This document shows, piece by piece, positions 18,723 through 29,006 of a stretch of DNA of 64,000 nucleotides. The notes beneath the pieces are model-generated. The model was not told the DNA's origin, ran no database searches, and saw nothing but the letters and a program-made list of their open reading frames with translations. The position numbers and the translations under genes are program-made. The stretch's first letter is position 1, and each line of letters starts with the position of its first letter. Origin of the DNA: an uncultured Pseudohongiella sp. (GTDB lineage: Bacteria; Pseudomonadota; Gammaproteobacteria; Pseudomonadales; Pseudohongiellaceae); the NCBI GenBank assembly GCA_964352445.1, contig CAYGSO010000004.1, positions 8,312 through 72,311 on the forward strand, read 5' to 3'.

Positions 18723-18739
18723 TTAGTATTGAATGCGGC

Positions 18740-19957
18740 CTAGGCGTATTTAGCCAACTCCTTGCGCGCAATAACTCTGCGGTGAACCTCATCGGGGCCG
18801 TCTGCTAACCTCAAGGTTCTCTGGCTAGTCCAGAGGGAGGCCAATGGAAAATCCTGAGATACCCCAGCCGCACCGTGCATCTGGATAGCCCTATCAATAA
18901 CCCGCAGTGCCATATTCGGCACCGCGACTTTGATTTGCGAGATCGCATCGCGTGCCGCTTTATTGCCAATTGTGTCCATGAGCCATGCCGCTTTAAATGT
19001 GAGCAAACGGCACATTTCAATTTCTATCCGACTATCGGCAATAACATCATAGTTGCCGCCAAGTTCAGCCAATGGTTTGCCAAAGGCTTCTCGGCTAGTC
19101 GCCCGCAGACACATTAAATCAAGTGCTTTTTCAGCAGCGCCGATAGAGCGCATGCAGTGATGAATGCGACCTGGCCCTAAGCGACCTTGAGAAATTTCAA
19201 AGCCCCTACCACGGCCCAAAATAATATTGCTTTCAGGCACTCTTACATTGTGAAATTTAATATGCATGTGACCATGAGGCGCATCATCTCGTCCAAACAC
19301 ATGCATTGGTCTAACCACTTCAACACCTTCAGCATCCATTGGCACAAGAATTTGAGATTGGCGCGTATGCTTAGGCGCTTCTGGGTCTGTTTGCACCATC
19401 ACAATCATAATTTTACAGCGGGAGTCCCCGGCACCAGAAATATAAAACTTCTCACCGCTGATAACCCACTCATCGCCGTCGAGAACTGCTTTAGTGGCAA
19501 TATTTGTCGCATCTGAAGAGGCAACTCCTGGCTCGGTCATCGCAAACGCCGAACGAATAGTTCCCGCCAGCAAAGGTTTAAGCCACTGATCTTTTTGCTC
19601 TTGTGAACCATAACGTTCCAACACTTCCATGTTGCCAGTGTCTGGCGCACTGCAGTTAAAGGCTTCAGATGCGAGGCGACTGCGGCCCATTATTTCTGCA
19701 AGGTGGGCATATTCAAGATTCGAAATTCCAGCACCGCCCTGACTTTCAGGCAGAAAAAAATTCCACAAACCCTGCTTCTTCGCTTCCGCTTTTAGATTCC
19801 CCATGATTTCGTCTTGACGGGGAGTGTGAGACCAGCGGTCACCAACGCTTACTTCGTTATGATATTCCTCTTCAACTGGCTCAACCTGTTCGGCAACGAA
19901 AGCACGAATTTTTTCTCGCACCTCAACAAGCTCTTCTGACAATCCTAAATTCATCAT
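18740..19957 (-). CDS. acyl-CoA dehydrogenase family protein
   Basis: The 405-aa length, [15 protein letters not shown], the C-terminal QMHGAAG and a catalytic-base region are all typical of ACADs. Confidence 0.85.
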   Translation of the reverse strand: MMNLGLSEELVEVREKIRAFVAEQVEPVEEEYHNEVSVGDRWSHTPRQDEIMGNLKAEAKKQGLWNFFLPESQGGAGISNLEYAHLAEIMGRSRLASEAFNCSAPDTGNMEVLERYGSQEQKDQWLKPLLAGTIRSAFAMTEPGVASSDATNIATKAVLDGDEWVISGEKFYISGAGDSRCKIMIVMVQTDPEAPKHTRQSQILVPMDAEGVEVVRPMHVFGRDDAPHGHMHIKFHNVRVPESNIILGRGRGFEISQGRLGPGRIHHCMRSIGAAEKALDLMCLRATSREAFGKPLAELGGNYDVIADSRIEIEMCRLLTFKAAWLMDTIGNKAARDAISQIKVAVPNMALRVIDRAIQMHGAAGVSQDFPLASLWTSQRTLRLADGPDEVHRRVIARKELAKYA

Positions 19958-20046
19958 GGTTTATAGTTTCCTGTAGTTACTGCATTTCTCAATTAGATTG
20001 AATCTCACTAAACAGCCCGCAAAAAAATGACATTTAGCTTATTCAT

Positions 20047-20811
20047 TTAGCTAGCTATAGTGCCACCACCATCGATTACAATGGTTTGGCCTGTGGTGAA
20101 ACTTCCAGCCGCTGACGCCAAAAACACCGCGGCACCGGCTATCTCGTCAGGCTCGCCGATACGCCGCAACGGATACTTCGATACGGTTGCTTTATAGATT
20201 TCGGGATTCTCCCAAAGCGCCTTCGCAAAGTCGGTTTTAATCAGACCCGGCGCAATACAATTTACCCGAACGTTCTTTGGCCCCCACTCAACAGCCAAAT
20301 TTCTTGCAATTTGCATGTCTGCCGCTTTCGACACCGCATAGGCGCCTAAAGCATCAGTGCCTTTTAGCCCGCCTATTGACGACACGATAATGACTGCACC
20401 ACCGCCTTGCTCGGCAATCGATGGAATCGCCAGTTGGCAAAGTCTGTGGACACTGCCAATATTGGCATGCATCACCTTATCGAACGCTTCGTCGGGAATG
20501 TCTTGGGAAGGTCCAAAATACGGATTCAAGGCCGCGTTGCAGACCAAAGTGTTGATCTTTCCCAGCTGGGCCTCTGTTTTCTCAACGAGTTCTTTCAGCT
20601 GCTCTTTGTAGTTGATATTACAGGCTATAGCTATAGCCTCATAACCGAGGCTGTTAATCTCAGCAGCCACTTCATCGCAAGCATCTTGATTGCGGCTAGA
20701 GATCACAACTTTAGCGCCCTGCTCGGCCATCCGCAGAGCAATAGCTTTGCCAATACCCTTGGTGGAGCCGGTGATTAACGTTACTTTGTTCTTAAGACTA
20801 AAAAGGCTCAT
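20047..20811 (-). CDS. SDR family oxidoreductase (3-oxoacyl-ACP reductase-like)
   Basis: TGSTKGIGKAIA, NAA and YAVSKAA (Y-x-x-x-K). ATG 20811 is preferred over GTG 20823. Confidence 0.85.
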   Translation of the reverse strand: MSLFSLKNKVTLITGSTKGIGKAIALRMAEQGAKVVISSRNQDACDEVAAEINSLGYEAIAIACNINYKEQLKELVEKTEAQLGKINTLVCNAALNPYFGPSQDIPDEAFDKVMHANIGSVHRLCQLAIPSIAEQGGGAVIIVSSIGGLKGTDALGAYAVSKAADMQIARNLAVEWGPKNVRVNCIAPGLIKTDFAKALWENPEIYKATVSKYPLRRIGEPDEIAGAAVFLASAAGSFTTGQTIVIDGGGTIAS

Positions 20812-20993
20812 GGATATTCCCACTCATTATTAATTATCTTTATCACTGGCAAAACTAAGATCAAGAGACCCTTTTATGCTCAGCCCAGCACACTCCCAAA
20901 CTTATCACAAAGGCCTTAAAACCCAACGAGCTAAACTAGCAAGCAGCGGGGATCAGAACAAGGAATACTGTCGAAAAGAAGCAAGTAGCTTGT

Positions 20994-21842
20994 CTATTCC
21001 GTCCAGGGCCGACGCCCTTTAGAGATACTCGTGCCACCATCAACAGGAATCACAGTTCCCGTGGTATAGGCCCCTGCTTTTGACGCTAGGTAGAGCAAAA
21101 TACCGACAATTTCCTCAGGCTGGCCAACTCGGTGCATTGGACAATCATCTTCGATATCCTCAAGAAAGTGCTCAAACACATAATCAGTCATGCGAGACGC
21201 GAAAAACCCTGGCGCTACTGCATTCACGGTAATGTGCCTAGCCGCTAGATCTACTGCCAATGCCTTGGTTAAGTGATGCAGCGCTGCCTTGCTCGCCGAA
21301 TAGGCAAAGGTTGGTACTCGCTGGACGATAGGAACATGAATACCGTCCATTGAGCCGATATTGATGATCCTAGCAGGATCATTGCTAGATCCAGCTTTTG
21401 CCAGTAAGCCGACACAGTCGCGGGTCAAGGCAAATACCGCATTGAGATTGGTATTGATGACTTTTTCGAAACCATCATCGGGGTAGTTCTCAAGCTTTGC
21501 CCCCCAGTTGGCGCCCGCATTATTGACCAACAAAGACAGGCTCGAGAAACGTGCCTCCACCTGCGCAATCAATTCACTGCGCTGCTGGGCAATGGTCACA
21601 TCTGCTGCTATAGCTGTAACCTCGCCAAATGGACTTAACTGCGCTAACGCCGCGTCGCACTTCTGTTGGCTGCGGGAGGCAATAATTACCTTAGCCCCGT
21701 TTTGTAACAAGCCTTGGGCCATAATAAGTCCCAGGCCGCTGCTGCCGCCGGTGACTAGGGCGGTTTTACCTGCAACTGAGAACAGCTGACTTAACGCGAA
21801 ATTAGCTGTCGAAGCCCGCTCGGGATGCTGAGAGTTTGACAT
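20994..21842 (-). CDS. SDR family oxidoreductase
   Basis: TGGSSGLGLIMA, NNAG and YSASKAAL motifs. Confidence 0.8.
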   Translation of the reverse strand: MSNSQHPERASTANFALSQLFSVAGKTALVTGGSSGLGLIMAQGLLQNGAKVIIASRSQQKCDAALAQLSPFGEVTAIAADVTIAQQRSELIAQVEARFSSLSLLVNNAGANWGAKLENYPDDGFEKVINTNLNAVFALTRDCVGLLAKAGSSNDPARIINIGSMDGIHVPIVQRVPTFAYSASKAALHHLTKALAVDLAARHITVNAVAPGFFASRMTDYVFEHFLEDIEDDCPMHRVGQPEEIVGILLYLASKAGAYTTGTVIPVDGGTSISKGRRPWTE

Positions 21843-21846
21843 CTAG

Positions 21847-22868
21847 TTAACTCTCGCTGGCCACTTTAACCAGCTGTTTGCCAAAATTCTTGCCTTTGAG
21901 AAGCCCGCGAAAAAGCTCGGGCGTGTTTTCCAGCCCCTCGCCAATGCTTTCTTTGTGAATTAACTTGCCTTGTTTGACCCAGGCGCCTAATTGCTCCGTA
22001 GCCTCGAGCCATCGTTCCTTCCATTCGGTAACAACAAAAAATCGGTGCTCAGGCACCACCTCAAGCTTCTTTAAAATGTGAAATGGCGTTTCAGACTTGG
22101 TAATGTCTTCATCGTTGTAATTAGACACATAGCCACAGATAGGAACGCGGGCTCCAGCATTCAACAAAGGAGCGACGGCTCGGGTCACATCGCCGCCCAC
22201 ATTCTCAAAGTAAATGTCGATTCCCGCAGGGCAAGCCGCTGCCAGTTCCGGCGCTAAATTACCGGCCTTGTAGTCAATGCAGGCGTCAAAGCCAAGCTCT
22301 TCTTTGACATAACGGCATTTTTCGGGGCCACCGGCAATACCAACCACTTTTAGCCCTAAAATTTTAGCAATCTGTCCCACAGCAGAGCCAACTGCACCGG
22401 AGGCCGCTGCTACCACCAAGGTTTCGCCAGCAACCGGCTTACCGACTTCCTTAAGCCCAAAATACGCTGTTCTGCCGGGCATGCCTACCACCCCCAGATG
22501 GGCCGAAAGCGAGCCGTTATCGAGATTTACTTTCATCAATCTAAGGTCATCGGCGTCGGCAATGATATGTGACTGCCAACCCATGTGAGCGGCCACTGTG
22601 TCGCCTACCGCAAACTTGTCTGATGTCGACTCGAGCACGAACCCTGTGGACTCCCCTGTCATTACATCGCCAAATTGTAACGGCGCAACATAAGACTTCG
22701 TGTCATTCATGCGGCCGCGCATATAGGGGTCTAATGACAACCAACAAACCTGTATCAAAATCTGATTATCCTCAAGGGCAGGCAGGGTGACACTCTCGAA
22801 TTTAAAGCAATCGTCGGTAGGCTCACCAACTGGGCGTTTGGCGAACAGTACTCGGGTGTTTTCAGTCA
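21847..22868 (-). CDS. NADP-dependent oxidoreductase, MDR superfamily (YncB/CurA/alkenal reductase-like)
   Basis: AASGAVGSAVGQIAKILG nucleotide-binding motif. ATG 22868 (MTENTRVLFAKRP) gives the usual ~340 aa. The 68-aa upstream extension in the ORF track is low complexity. Confidence 0.8.
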
Positions 22869-23121
22869 TTGATGGTGGTTTCCTTGGGGGCTTTCCGTGA
22901 CAATGGATTAAGCTAGTCAGTCTAACCCACAAGGAGGAAAACGAACAACCGCCAGCAGGACCAATAGAGCCCATAACGCCTGACAACTTGGAGATGCAGC
23001 GGCGGGATTTGGGCCGCTGGTAATGCAGGGTCGAAGGCGGCTCAGGGCAGAAGGTTGGGGTATGTTGCGACATGCTGCCGCCTCGTTACCCAGCAGCACT
23101 TTATCCACCGCGCATCATTGC

Positions 23122-23322
23122 CTATTCGAAGCTGTCGCTAAGCTGTTGCAGCTCCAATAGGTTAAGCTCGAACAGAGAGTTGTCAAAATGCAGGAGATCA
23201 GGTTCACGGCCTGTGGCCAACCCCTCAATAACCAGAGTGACAACGTAGACAAACAAACACGTCGCCAGCAAGGTAAAGCGGTTTTTTAATATTACTGCCT
23301 TCATACTCTTCATACCCGTCAT
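23122..23322 (-). CDS. small hypothetical membrane protein (possible last gene of the YtrA-type operon)
   Basis: 66-aa ORF with one TM (FTLLATCLFVYVVTLVIEGL), 57 nt downstream of the permease-like gene. There is no other support. Confidence 0.3.
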   Translation of the reverse strand: MTGMKSMKAVILKNRFTLLATCLFVYVVTLVIEGLATGREPDLLHFDNSLFELNLLELQQLSDSFE

Positions 23323-23379
23323 CCCTTTTGTTACTATTTGCTCGCTGCTTCAACTAGATAATGCAGATTGCTTGGCAAA

Positions 23380-24231
23380 TTAATCAATGAAGCCGCGCAT
23401 GTAGACCGCACCGCTAATTAAGATTGAACCCACCACAACGCCTATAAACATGTCGTAGCTTAGAAACCGATCAGCAAGACCAATAAATTCAATAATTATA
23501 AAATTGTCGGGATCGAATCTGGTCTGCGCCCAATTGCTTAAGAACTGACTGCCAAAAACAAACTCCTCCAAAAAACCCAGTAAAAAATAAACGCCTATTG
23601 CCCACAGCATTGGTGCTTTACGAGCAAAGGCTGAAAACAATAGCAGCCAGCCCACCAAGGGCAAAAGCCAAAGCACCGAGGTCGCGATAAATAAATATAG
23701 GATAAGCAAATTTATAAAGGTCGCAGCTAATAAATAGCCGAAACCTGCCACTTCCACTTCGTAGCGTATGCCAAGAAAAGTAAGACTAACGATAAGCAGC
23801 AAATACAGCACCGCCATACTGGCAATCAAGAAGGCGGGGCTTACCACCATAACAGTCACTATCTTACTAAGCACTGTTTGCAGGTTTGAAACCGGCATCG
23901 ATTGCCAGAATAAAATGCTCATATCACGGCGATCTTGATACAGTGCGTTGAGCAAATAAATAACGCTGCAAAAGAAAAATGTGATGCCGAAAGGAAACGC
24001 CAGCAGCGAAATTATAGGCGCAGTGTCAATCGGCGATTGACCGTCAAACCAACGATTCAAAAACTCTAGAGCTAGGACAATTTGCTCGGGGCCAAGCTGA
24101 GCAGCTATTAAAAAATTCAAGATAAAAAGCGCCAATGCCAGGACAGCAGGAGCACCCAGTATTAAGCTGCGGTTTTCTAGAAATTCTTTCTTCAGTAGCG
24201 CCAAAAAACGCCCTGTTTGAAAACTAATCAT
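23380..24231 (-). CDS. ABC-2-type permease-like membrane protein
   Basis: About six TM helices. Its start overlaps the ATPase stop by 8 nt. Confidence 0.6.
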   Translation of the reverse strand: MISFQTGRFLALLKKEFLENRSLILGAPAVLALALFILNFLIAAQLGPEQIVLALEFLNRWFDGQSPIDTAPIISLLAFPFGITFFFCSVIYLLNALYQDRRDMSILFWQSMPVSNLQTVLSKIVTVMVVSPAFLIASMAVLYLLLIVSLTFLGIRYEVEVAGFGYLLAATFINLLILYLFIATSVLWLLPLVGWLLLFSAFARKAPMLWAIGVYFLLGFLEEFVFGSQFLSNWAQTRFDPDNFIIIEFIGLADRFLSYDMFIGVVVGSILISGAVYMRGFID

Positions 24232-25084
24232 GCCGCCCTCCTTTCATCTTAGCCACGAACAAATCAGCCACGCTTGGCGTGTAAATCTCACCAATGCCTT
24301 CAAGCTGCGACCTGTCTATAGACTCATAGGTAAAAGACTTTTTTCCCAACAAAGAACGCACATGAATCGGGTTCAAGGCTTGGGCTTCGGCCAGTTTTTC
24401 CGGCCCAACCAATACCTCGAAATACTGCTGTGCTAAGTCGCTCATCAAAGCGTTTAACTCTATTCTGCCCTTATTGATAAACACCAAATGGGAAAGCAAA
24501 GTCTCTATTTCTTCTATTTGATGGGTGCTGATTATGATTGTTCGATTGCCGTCATAGTAATCATTGAGCAGACGGTCATAAAATTCCTTGCGGTATACAA
24601 TATCCAAACCAAGGGTCGGCTCATCCAACACCAGTAGCTTCACATCAATAGCCATAACAATAGCCAGGTGCAATTGGGTGACCATACCTTTGGAAAGATT
24701 CTTGATGCGTTTATTGGCTGGAACCTCTGTACTGGAAAGCAATTCACTGGCTTTCTTGCGCGAGAAGCGCGGGTGAACCGCTTCCACATAGTCTAATACT
24801 TGAGAAACCTTCAGCCATTTCGGCAGAATTCCTACGTCGGCAATAAAGCACACATCTTCCATCAGCTTGTGTCTTGCCACACGCGGGTCACGGCCAACCA
24901 CGCTTATTTCACCCTCCACGTCGCATAGACCAATAAGTGATTTAAGTGTGGTTGTTTTACCGGCACCGTTGGGGCCAATTAGCCCACTGATAGCGCCGGT
25001 AGGTATAGAAAGACTGACGTCATCCAAGGCGACAAAACTGCCAAAGGTTTTGCGTAATGACCTCGCTTCAACAATATTAGTCAT
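24224..25084 (-). CDS. ABC transporter ATP-binding protein
   Basis: Walker A GPNGAGKTT, signature LSKGM, Walker B LLVLDEPT. Confidence 0.85.
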   Translation of the reverse strand: MTNIVEARSLRKTFGSFVALDDVSLSIPTGAISGLIGPNGAGKTTTLKSLIGLCDVEGEISVVGRDPRVARHKLMEDVCFIADVGILPKWLKVSQVLDYVEAVHPRFSRKKASELLSSTEVPANKRIKNLSKGMVTQLHLAIVMAIDVKLLVLDEPTLGLDIVYRKEFYDRLLNDYYDGNRTIIISTHQIEEIETLLSHLVFINKGRIELNALMSDLAQQYFEVLVGPEKLAEAQALNPIHVRSLLGKKSFTYESIDRSQLEGIGEIYTPSVADLFVAKMKGGRHD

Positions 25085-25107
25085 TGTCAGTTCCTATTAT
25101 CTTCGCT

Positions 25108-25467
25108 CTACTTAGCTTTGCCGCGCCTAAGAAGGTCGTCAAGCGTGAAACCAAGGCGCGCAATTCGGCGCTCGATTTGAGGCCATTCCTCTTCAAGAAA
25201 CTTAAAGCGCTCCGCTGTAGCAAGTTTTTCTTTTGCACCGATAACAACATACATTCCTAGCCCCCGTCTTTTTTCCACTAAGTCTTCATCTACTAATATC
25301 TGCATAGCTTTTGAGACAGTAATGGGATTTATTCGCTGTTCACTGGATATCTGCCGCACCGATGGCAGGGCATCGCCCTCTTTGAAGACGCCGTCTAAAA
25401 TCAGTTCAGCCAATCTATCCCGCAGCTGCAGGTAAATGGCGTCTTTGTTGTTCCAGTTTATTTCCAC
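25108..25467 (-). CDS. GntR family transcriptional regulator, YtrA subfamily
   Basis: The 119-aa size, the wHTH (LPSVRQISSEQRINPITVSKAMQIL) and the position upstream of an ABC ATPase fit a YtrA-type operon. Confidence 0.85.
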   Translation of the reverse strand: MEINWNNKDAIYLQLRDRLAELILDGVFKEGDALPSVRQISSEQRINPITVSKAMQILVDEDLVEKRRGLGMYVVIGAKEKLATAERFKFLEEEWPQIERRIARLGFTLDDLLRRGKAK

Positions 25468-25490
25468 CGAGCTCGCTCTTTGCTGACATA

Positions 25491-25512
25491 GTGTTATACA
25501 TAACTATAACAC
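25491..25512. promoter_or_regulatory. candidate YtrA-type operator (perfect 8-bp inverted repeat)
   Basis: GTGTTATA-cataac-TATAACAC lies 24-45 bp upstream of the GntR start codon. Confidence 0.5.
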
Positions 25513-25601
25513 CATATCACAACAAGGCAACGCTTATTTTTGCGAATCTATGCAAGCCCACGAAGTGGGCTTAGGGGTCAGAGGTTTTATTGACGCGAGG
25601 G

Positions 25602-26867
25602 CTACTGCTGGCGTGAGGTTAGAACTACAGACTGATCGAGTAGCTCTTTGATCTTGTCATCGCTGAAACCAAATTCCTTCAGCAGCTCGACACTGTGCTC
25701 GCCGTATTTAGGTGGCAGCCGCCGCAGCGATCCAGGGGTACGAGATAGCTTGATTGGGGTGCCGGTCATCTTGTACCAATCTTGCTCGATAGTCATTTGC
25801 CGATGGTGGGTATGGGGGTGATCGACAACTTGGGCAGTATTATGAATTGGACCCACTGCTAAGCCAGCTTTGGCAAGAGTATCGCATATTTCATGACCAT
25901 CGATCCGCATGAGACTGGATTCAATTTCTGCTTTTAAATCAACTCGGTTTTTTACCCTGTCAATATTGCTAAGAAACCGCGGGTCATCCACTAGCTCGGG
26001 GCGATTGAGCGCATCGCAGAGCTTTTTATAGGCGCCGTTGTTGCCGGCACCGATAAACACATCTACCGTCTTGGTTCGGAATGTATCATAAGGGCTGATA
26101 TTAGGATGGGCATTGCCAGTAGGCCCGGGAATTTTGCCAGAGTAGTTATAGTTAGGGATGTGGGGGTGCATAAGCGACACAGCGCAGTCATACAGGGTCA
26201 TATCCAGATACTGTCCACAGCCGGAGCGTTCCCGTTCGGCCATAGCTAGCAAAATAGCGATGGCCGAATAAAGCCCGGTGCCCATATCGACTCCCGCTAA
26301 GCCTAATCGAGTTGGAGGGCTGCCCTCCTCGCCGTTGATACTGAACCAGCCAGCCATGGCCTGAATAATTGCATCATAACCGGGAAAGCCTCCCCAGGGG
26401 CCATCGTCACCAAAGCCGCTGACGCGGCAGTGAATTAACTTTGGAAACTTTTTCTGCAGTACGTCCTGATAGCCTAGTCCCCATTTTTCCATGGTCCCCG
26501 GCTTGAAGTTTTCCACTAAGATATCGGCACGCTCAAGCAGAGAGAGCAAGACTTCTCGCCCAGAATCCACAGTTAGATCGAGCCCCATTGAGCGCTTGTT
26601 CCGATTCACACCAATGTAATACGCTGAGTCGCCCTCATGGTAGGGCGGCCCCCAATCTCGGGTTTCATCCCCTTTAGGAGGTTCCAGCTTAATGACCTCA
26701 GCGCCGTGATCACCTAAAATTTGAGTACAGTATGGGCCGCCCAAAACTCGGGTCAGGTCAATAACCAGTTTACCCGCTAGGGCTGTCGGTGAATTTCTAT
26801 TTAGCAAGTTGAAACCTTTGGTTAAATACAGATTGGCTCTGTCAATGTGACGGCGCAGGAGCAGCAA
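25602..26867 (-). CDS. family III CoA-transferase (CaiB/BaiF type)
   Basis: LAGKLVIDLTRVLGGPYCTQILGDHGAEVIKLEPP is the canonical N-terminal motif of this family. The exact start is uncertain. Confidence 0.85.
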   Translation of the reverse strand: MLLLRRHIDRANLYLTKGFNLLNRNSPTALAGKLVIDLTRVLGGPYCTQILGDHGAEVIKLEPPKGDETRDWGPPYHEGDSAYYIGVNRNKRSMGLDLTVDSGREVLLSLLERADILVENFKPGTMEKWGLGYQDVLQKKFPKLIHCRVSGFGDDGPWGGFPGYDAIIQAMAGWFSINGEEGSPPTRLGLAGVDMGTGLYSAIAILLAMAERERSGCGQYLDMTLYDCAVSLMHPHIPNYNYSGKIPGPTGNAHPNISPYDTFRTKTVDVFIGAGNNGAYKKLCDALNRPELVDDPRFLSNIDRVKNRVDLKAEIESSLMRIDGHEICDTLAKAGLAVGPIHNTAQVVDHPHTHHRQMTIEQDWYKMTGTPIKLSRTPGSLRRLPPKYGEHSVELLKEFGFSDDKIKELLDQSVVLTSRQQ

Positions 26868-26940
26868 GGATAATCCAGCTATTCATAGCTATCAAGCTTA
26901 AGCCCTGCACTCAAACTTTGTTTTATCGTTTTTATGAAAC

Positions 26941-26985
26941 GGAAAAAGCGAGAGCACCTAGTGTGGCACTCTCGCTTTTCTTTGT
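26941..26985 (-). terminator. hairpin terminator downstream of rpoS (possibly bidirectional)
   Basis: gcgagag...ctctcgc stem with an additional cac/gtg pairing at 26948..26976, flanked by A-rich (5') and T-rich (3') runs. Confidence 0.5.
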
Positions 26986-27029
26986 ATCTAAAGGAATTAA
27001 ATCAAGCAGTGGAACGATTTACTCTGGAT

Positions 27030-28034
27030 TTACGCGAAGTCGAATAAAATATCGCTTGAAACGCCTTCTCTGCTCATAATAATTTTTAAGCGCTTTAGCG
27101 CTTCAATTTGAATCTGGCGGACTCTTTCTCTGGTTAGACCTATCTCAACTCCTACGTTTTCCAGCGTATCGCTATCATAGCCATTGAGCCCAAAGCGGCG
27201 TGAAAGCACTTCTTTTTGCTTGTCGGACAATTCATTCATCCAGCCAGTGATGCAGTTCTCTAACTCTGAACTTTGAAACTGACCGCAGGGGCCTTTTTCT
27301 GTTTCATCGCTCAAGGTATCGACCACCGAGCGTTCTGAGTCTGAAGCAATGGGCGCGTCAGCTGACGTTACCTTTTCATTAAGGGCCATCATTTTCTTAA
27401 CGTCGTCTACTGGTTTTTCAACCAAAGCAGCGATTTCTTCAAGCGTCGGATCTTTTTCAGTTTTATTCGCAAGCTCACGCTCAGCCCTGAGATACACATT
27501 CAATTCTTTAACGACATGCACGGGCAAGCGGATTGTGCGGGTTTGATTCATCAAGCCGCGTTCAATGTTTTGTCGAATCCACCATGTTGCGTAGGTAGAA
27601 AATCGAAAGCCTTTTTCTGGGTCAAATTTTTCTACAGCGTGGATCAAACCCAAATTGCCTTCCTCAACCAAGTCAAGCAGTGACAACCCTCGGTTAATAT
27701 ACCGGCGCGCTATTTTGACCACCAAGCGTAAATTGCTCTCGATCATTCTCTTGCGGCTTGCTTCGTCACCGCCCAAAGCACGGCGAGCAAAGTAAATTTC
27801 TTCTTCAGCACTAAGTAGTGGTGTGTAACCAATTTCTTTTAAATACAGTTGAGTAGCGTCAGAAGTCGCATCCGTGGTGGACGCTCTGCTTCTGCTAGAC
27901 GCTACCTGACGGGCCTGCTTGTGGTGCATGGCCGCGGCTCGGCTGTTCTCACTGAATTCATTGCCGCTCAGAGTATCAGTGGAGAAACCTGATAGGGTTG
28001 AATCAGAAATTGGCGATAAAGTTTGGTCAATCAC
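27030..28034 (-). CDS. rpoS: RNA polymerase sigma factor RpoS (sigma-38)
   Basis: [28 protein letters not shown] and [21 protein letters not shown] are diagnostic of RpoS rather than RpoD. Length ~334 aa. Confidence 0.85.
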   Translation of the reverse strand: MIDQTLSPISDSTLSGFSTDTLSGNEFSENSRAAAMHHKQARQVASSRSRASTTDATSDATQLYLKEIGYTPLLSAEEEIYFARRALGGDEASRKRMIESNLRLVVKIARRYINRGLSLLDLVEEGNLGLIHAVEKFDPEKGFRFSTYATWWIRQNIERGLMNQTRTIRLPVHVVKELNVYLRAERELANKTEKDPTLEEIAALVEKPVDDVKKMMALNEKVTSADAPIASDSERSVVDTLSDETEKGPCGQFQSSELENCITGWMNELSDKQKEVLSRRFGLNGYDSDTLENVGVEIGLTRERVRQIQIEALKRLKIIMSREGVSSDILFDFA

Positions 28035-28386
28035 ATGAATACCTTTTTATCCTTGAGCCCAACGAATACGGCCGGTAAGGCCAGAATCGAAAGGTTAAGT
28101 AGGCTGTAGCCCCAAGTTATAGTGTTACTGCTCGATTTTGTTTCGCTTGCTTTGATTGACTGCGCTTTCTGATTTTCTCACTGGGCAGTTCTAATTTGTT
28201 TCAAAAGCAACTTTTCTTATTTAAATAAAGTATAGGACTTTATTTTTAAAATACGAGTTTTTAGAACCAATTAATAAGATTTAGTTGATCTATTTCACAA
28301 AAAAAAACTTGCCCCAAAATGTAGGTCAATTGATTTAAATTATGCACAAGTGGCTGACCAATTTTTGATCAAACTGAGCCAAAGTT

Positions 28387-28914
28387 TTACAACGATTTTT
28401 CAAAAAGCGCGGGAAGAAAAAATTCGGCAACAAGAACGGGCTTGCCAAAAAGATAAAAAAGGCTTCGACGCCCCCATGTGTCTCTGCCCAGTAGAGTCAC
28501 ATCTATTACGCCGCGGACTAAATCTGGATGATCGAACAGGTACTCTCCCAACGGCTGAGTTTTTAATTCCATCACAGTTTGCAATGGACTCAACAAACTG
28601 TGTTCAGGAATCAGCGTGTGAGCTTTTACCCACGGCGTGTCGCAGCCTAGCAGTGTCACTTTTCGAGACCAAAATTTATGAGTTTGGGCTAGTGGTCCAA
28701 ATAATGATCGCACTGCAAGCGGTAAGTCAGACCGCCACTGTTCGTCATTGACCTGCACCTCAAATTTCCCATCACTTTTTGCTTTCAAGCGTTTTGTCAA
28801 CGAGCCTGGATCACTTACCCAAGGCCACCAATGATTCTCAGGCGAAAGCTTACCGCCCGTAATTGGATCCCAATGCAATGCAGCATCACAGATGTCAGGC
28901 GAGCGCGGTATCAC
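28387..28914 (-). CDS. ubiC: chorismate-pyruvate lyase
   Basis: The ~175-aa size and the DPGSLTKRLKA and PLGEYLF motifs are typical of UbiC. Confidence 0.6.
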   Translation of the reverse strand: MIPRSPDICDAALHWDPITGGKLSPENHWWPWVSDPGSLTKRLKAKSDGKFEVQVNDEQWRSDLPLAVRSLFGPLAQTHKFWSRKVTLLGCDTPWVKAHTLIPEHSLLSPLQTVMELKTQPLGEYLFDHPDLVRGVIDVTLLGRDTWGRRSLFYLFGKPVLVAEFFLPALFEKSL

Positions 28915-28959
28915 GAAAAACGAAACTACCTAAATAGAAAAAACAGGAAACTGCGGGGA

Positions 28960-28995
28960 AACTGAAAATGGGACGGCGACACTTGTCGCCGTCCC
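28960..28995 (-). terminator. rho-independent terminator after the OmpA/OprF-like gene
   Basis: Perfect 11-bp stem gggacggcgac/gtcgccgtccc with a 4-nt loop at 28970..28995. On the minus strand it is followed by auuuucaguuu. Confidence 0.65.
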
Positions 28996-29006
28996 ATGGT
29001 ACTTAA

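Noticed and set aside
22869-23073. 68-aa N-terminal extension of the NADP-dependent oxidoreductase in the ORF track, plus the overlapping 63-aa ORF 22917..23108
   Set aside because: The extension is Pro/Ser/Cys-rich with no homology-like features. The internal ATG at 22868 gives the canonical ~340-aa protein beginning MTENTRVLFAKRP.
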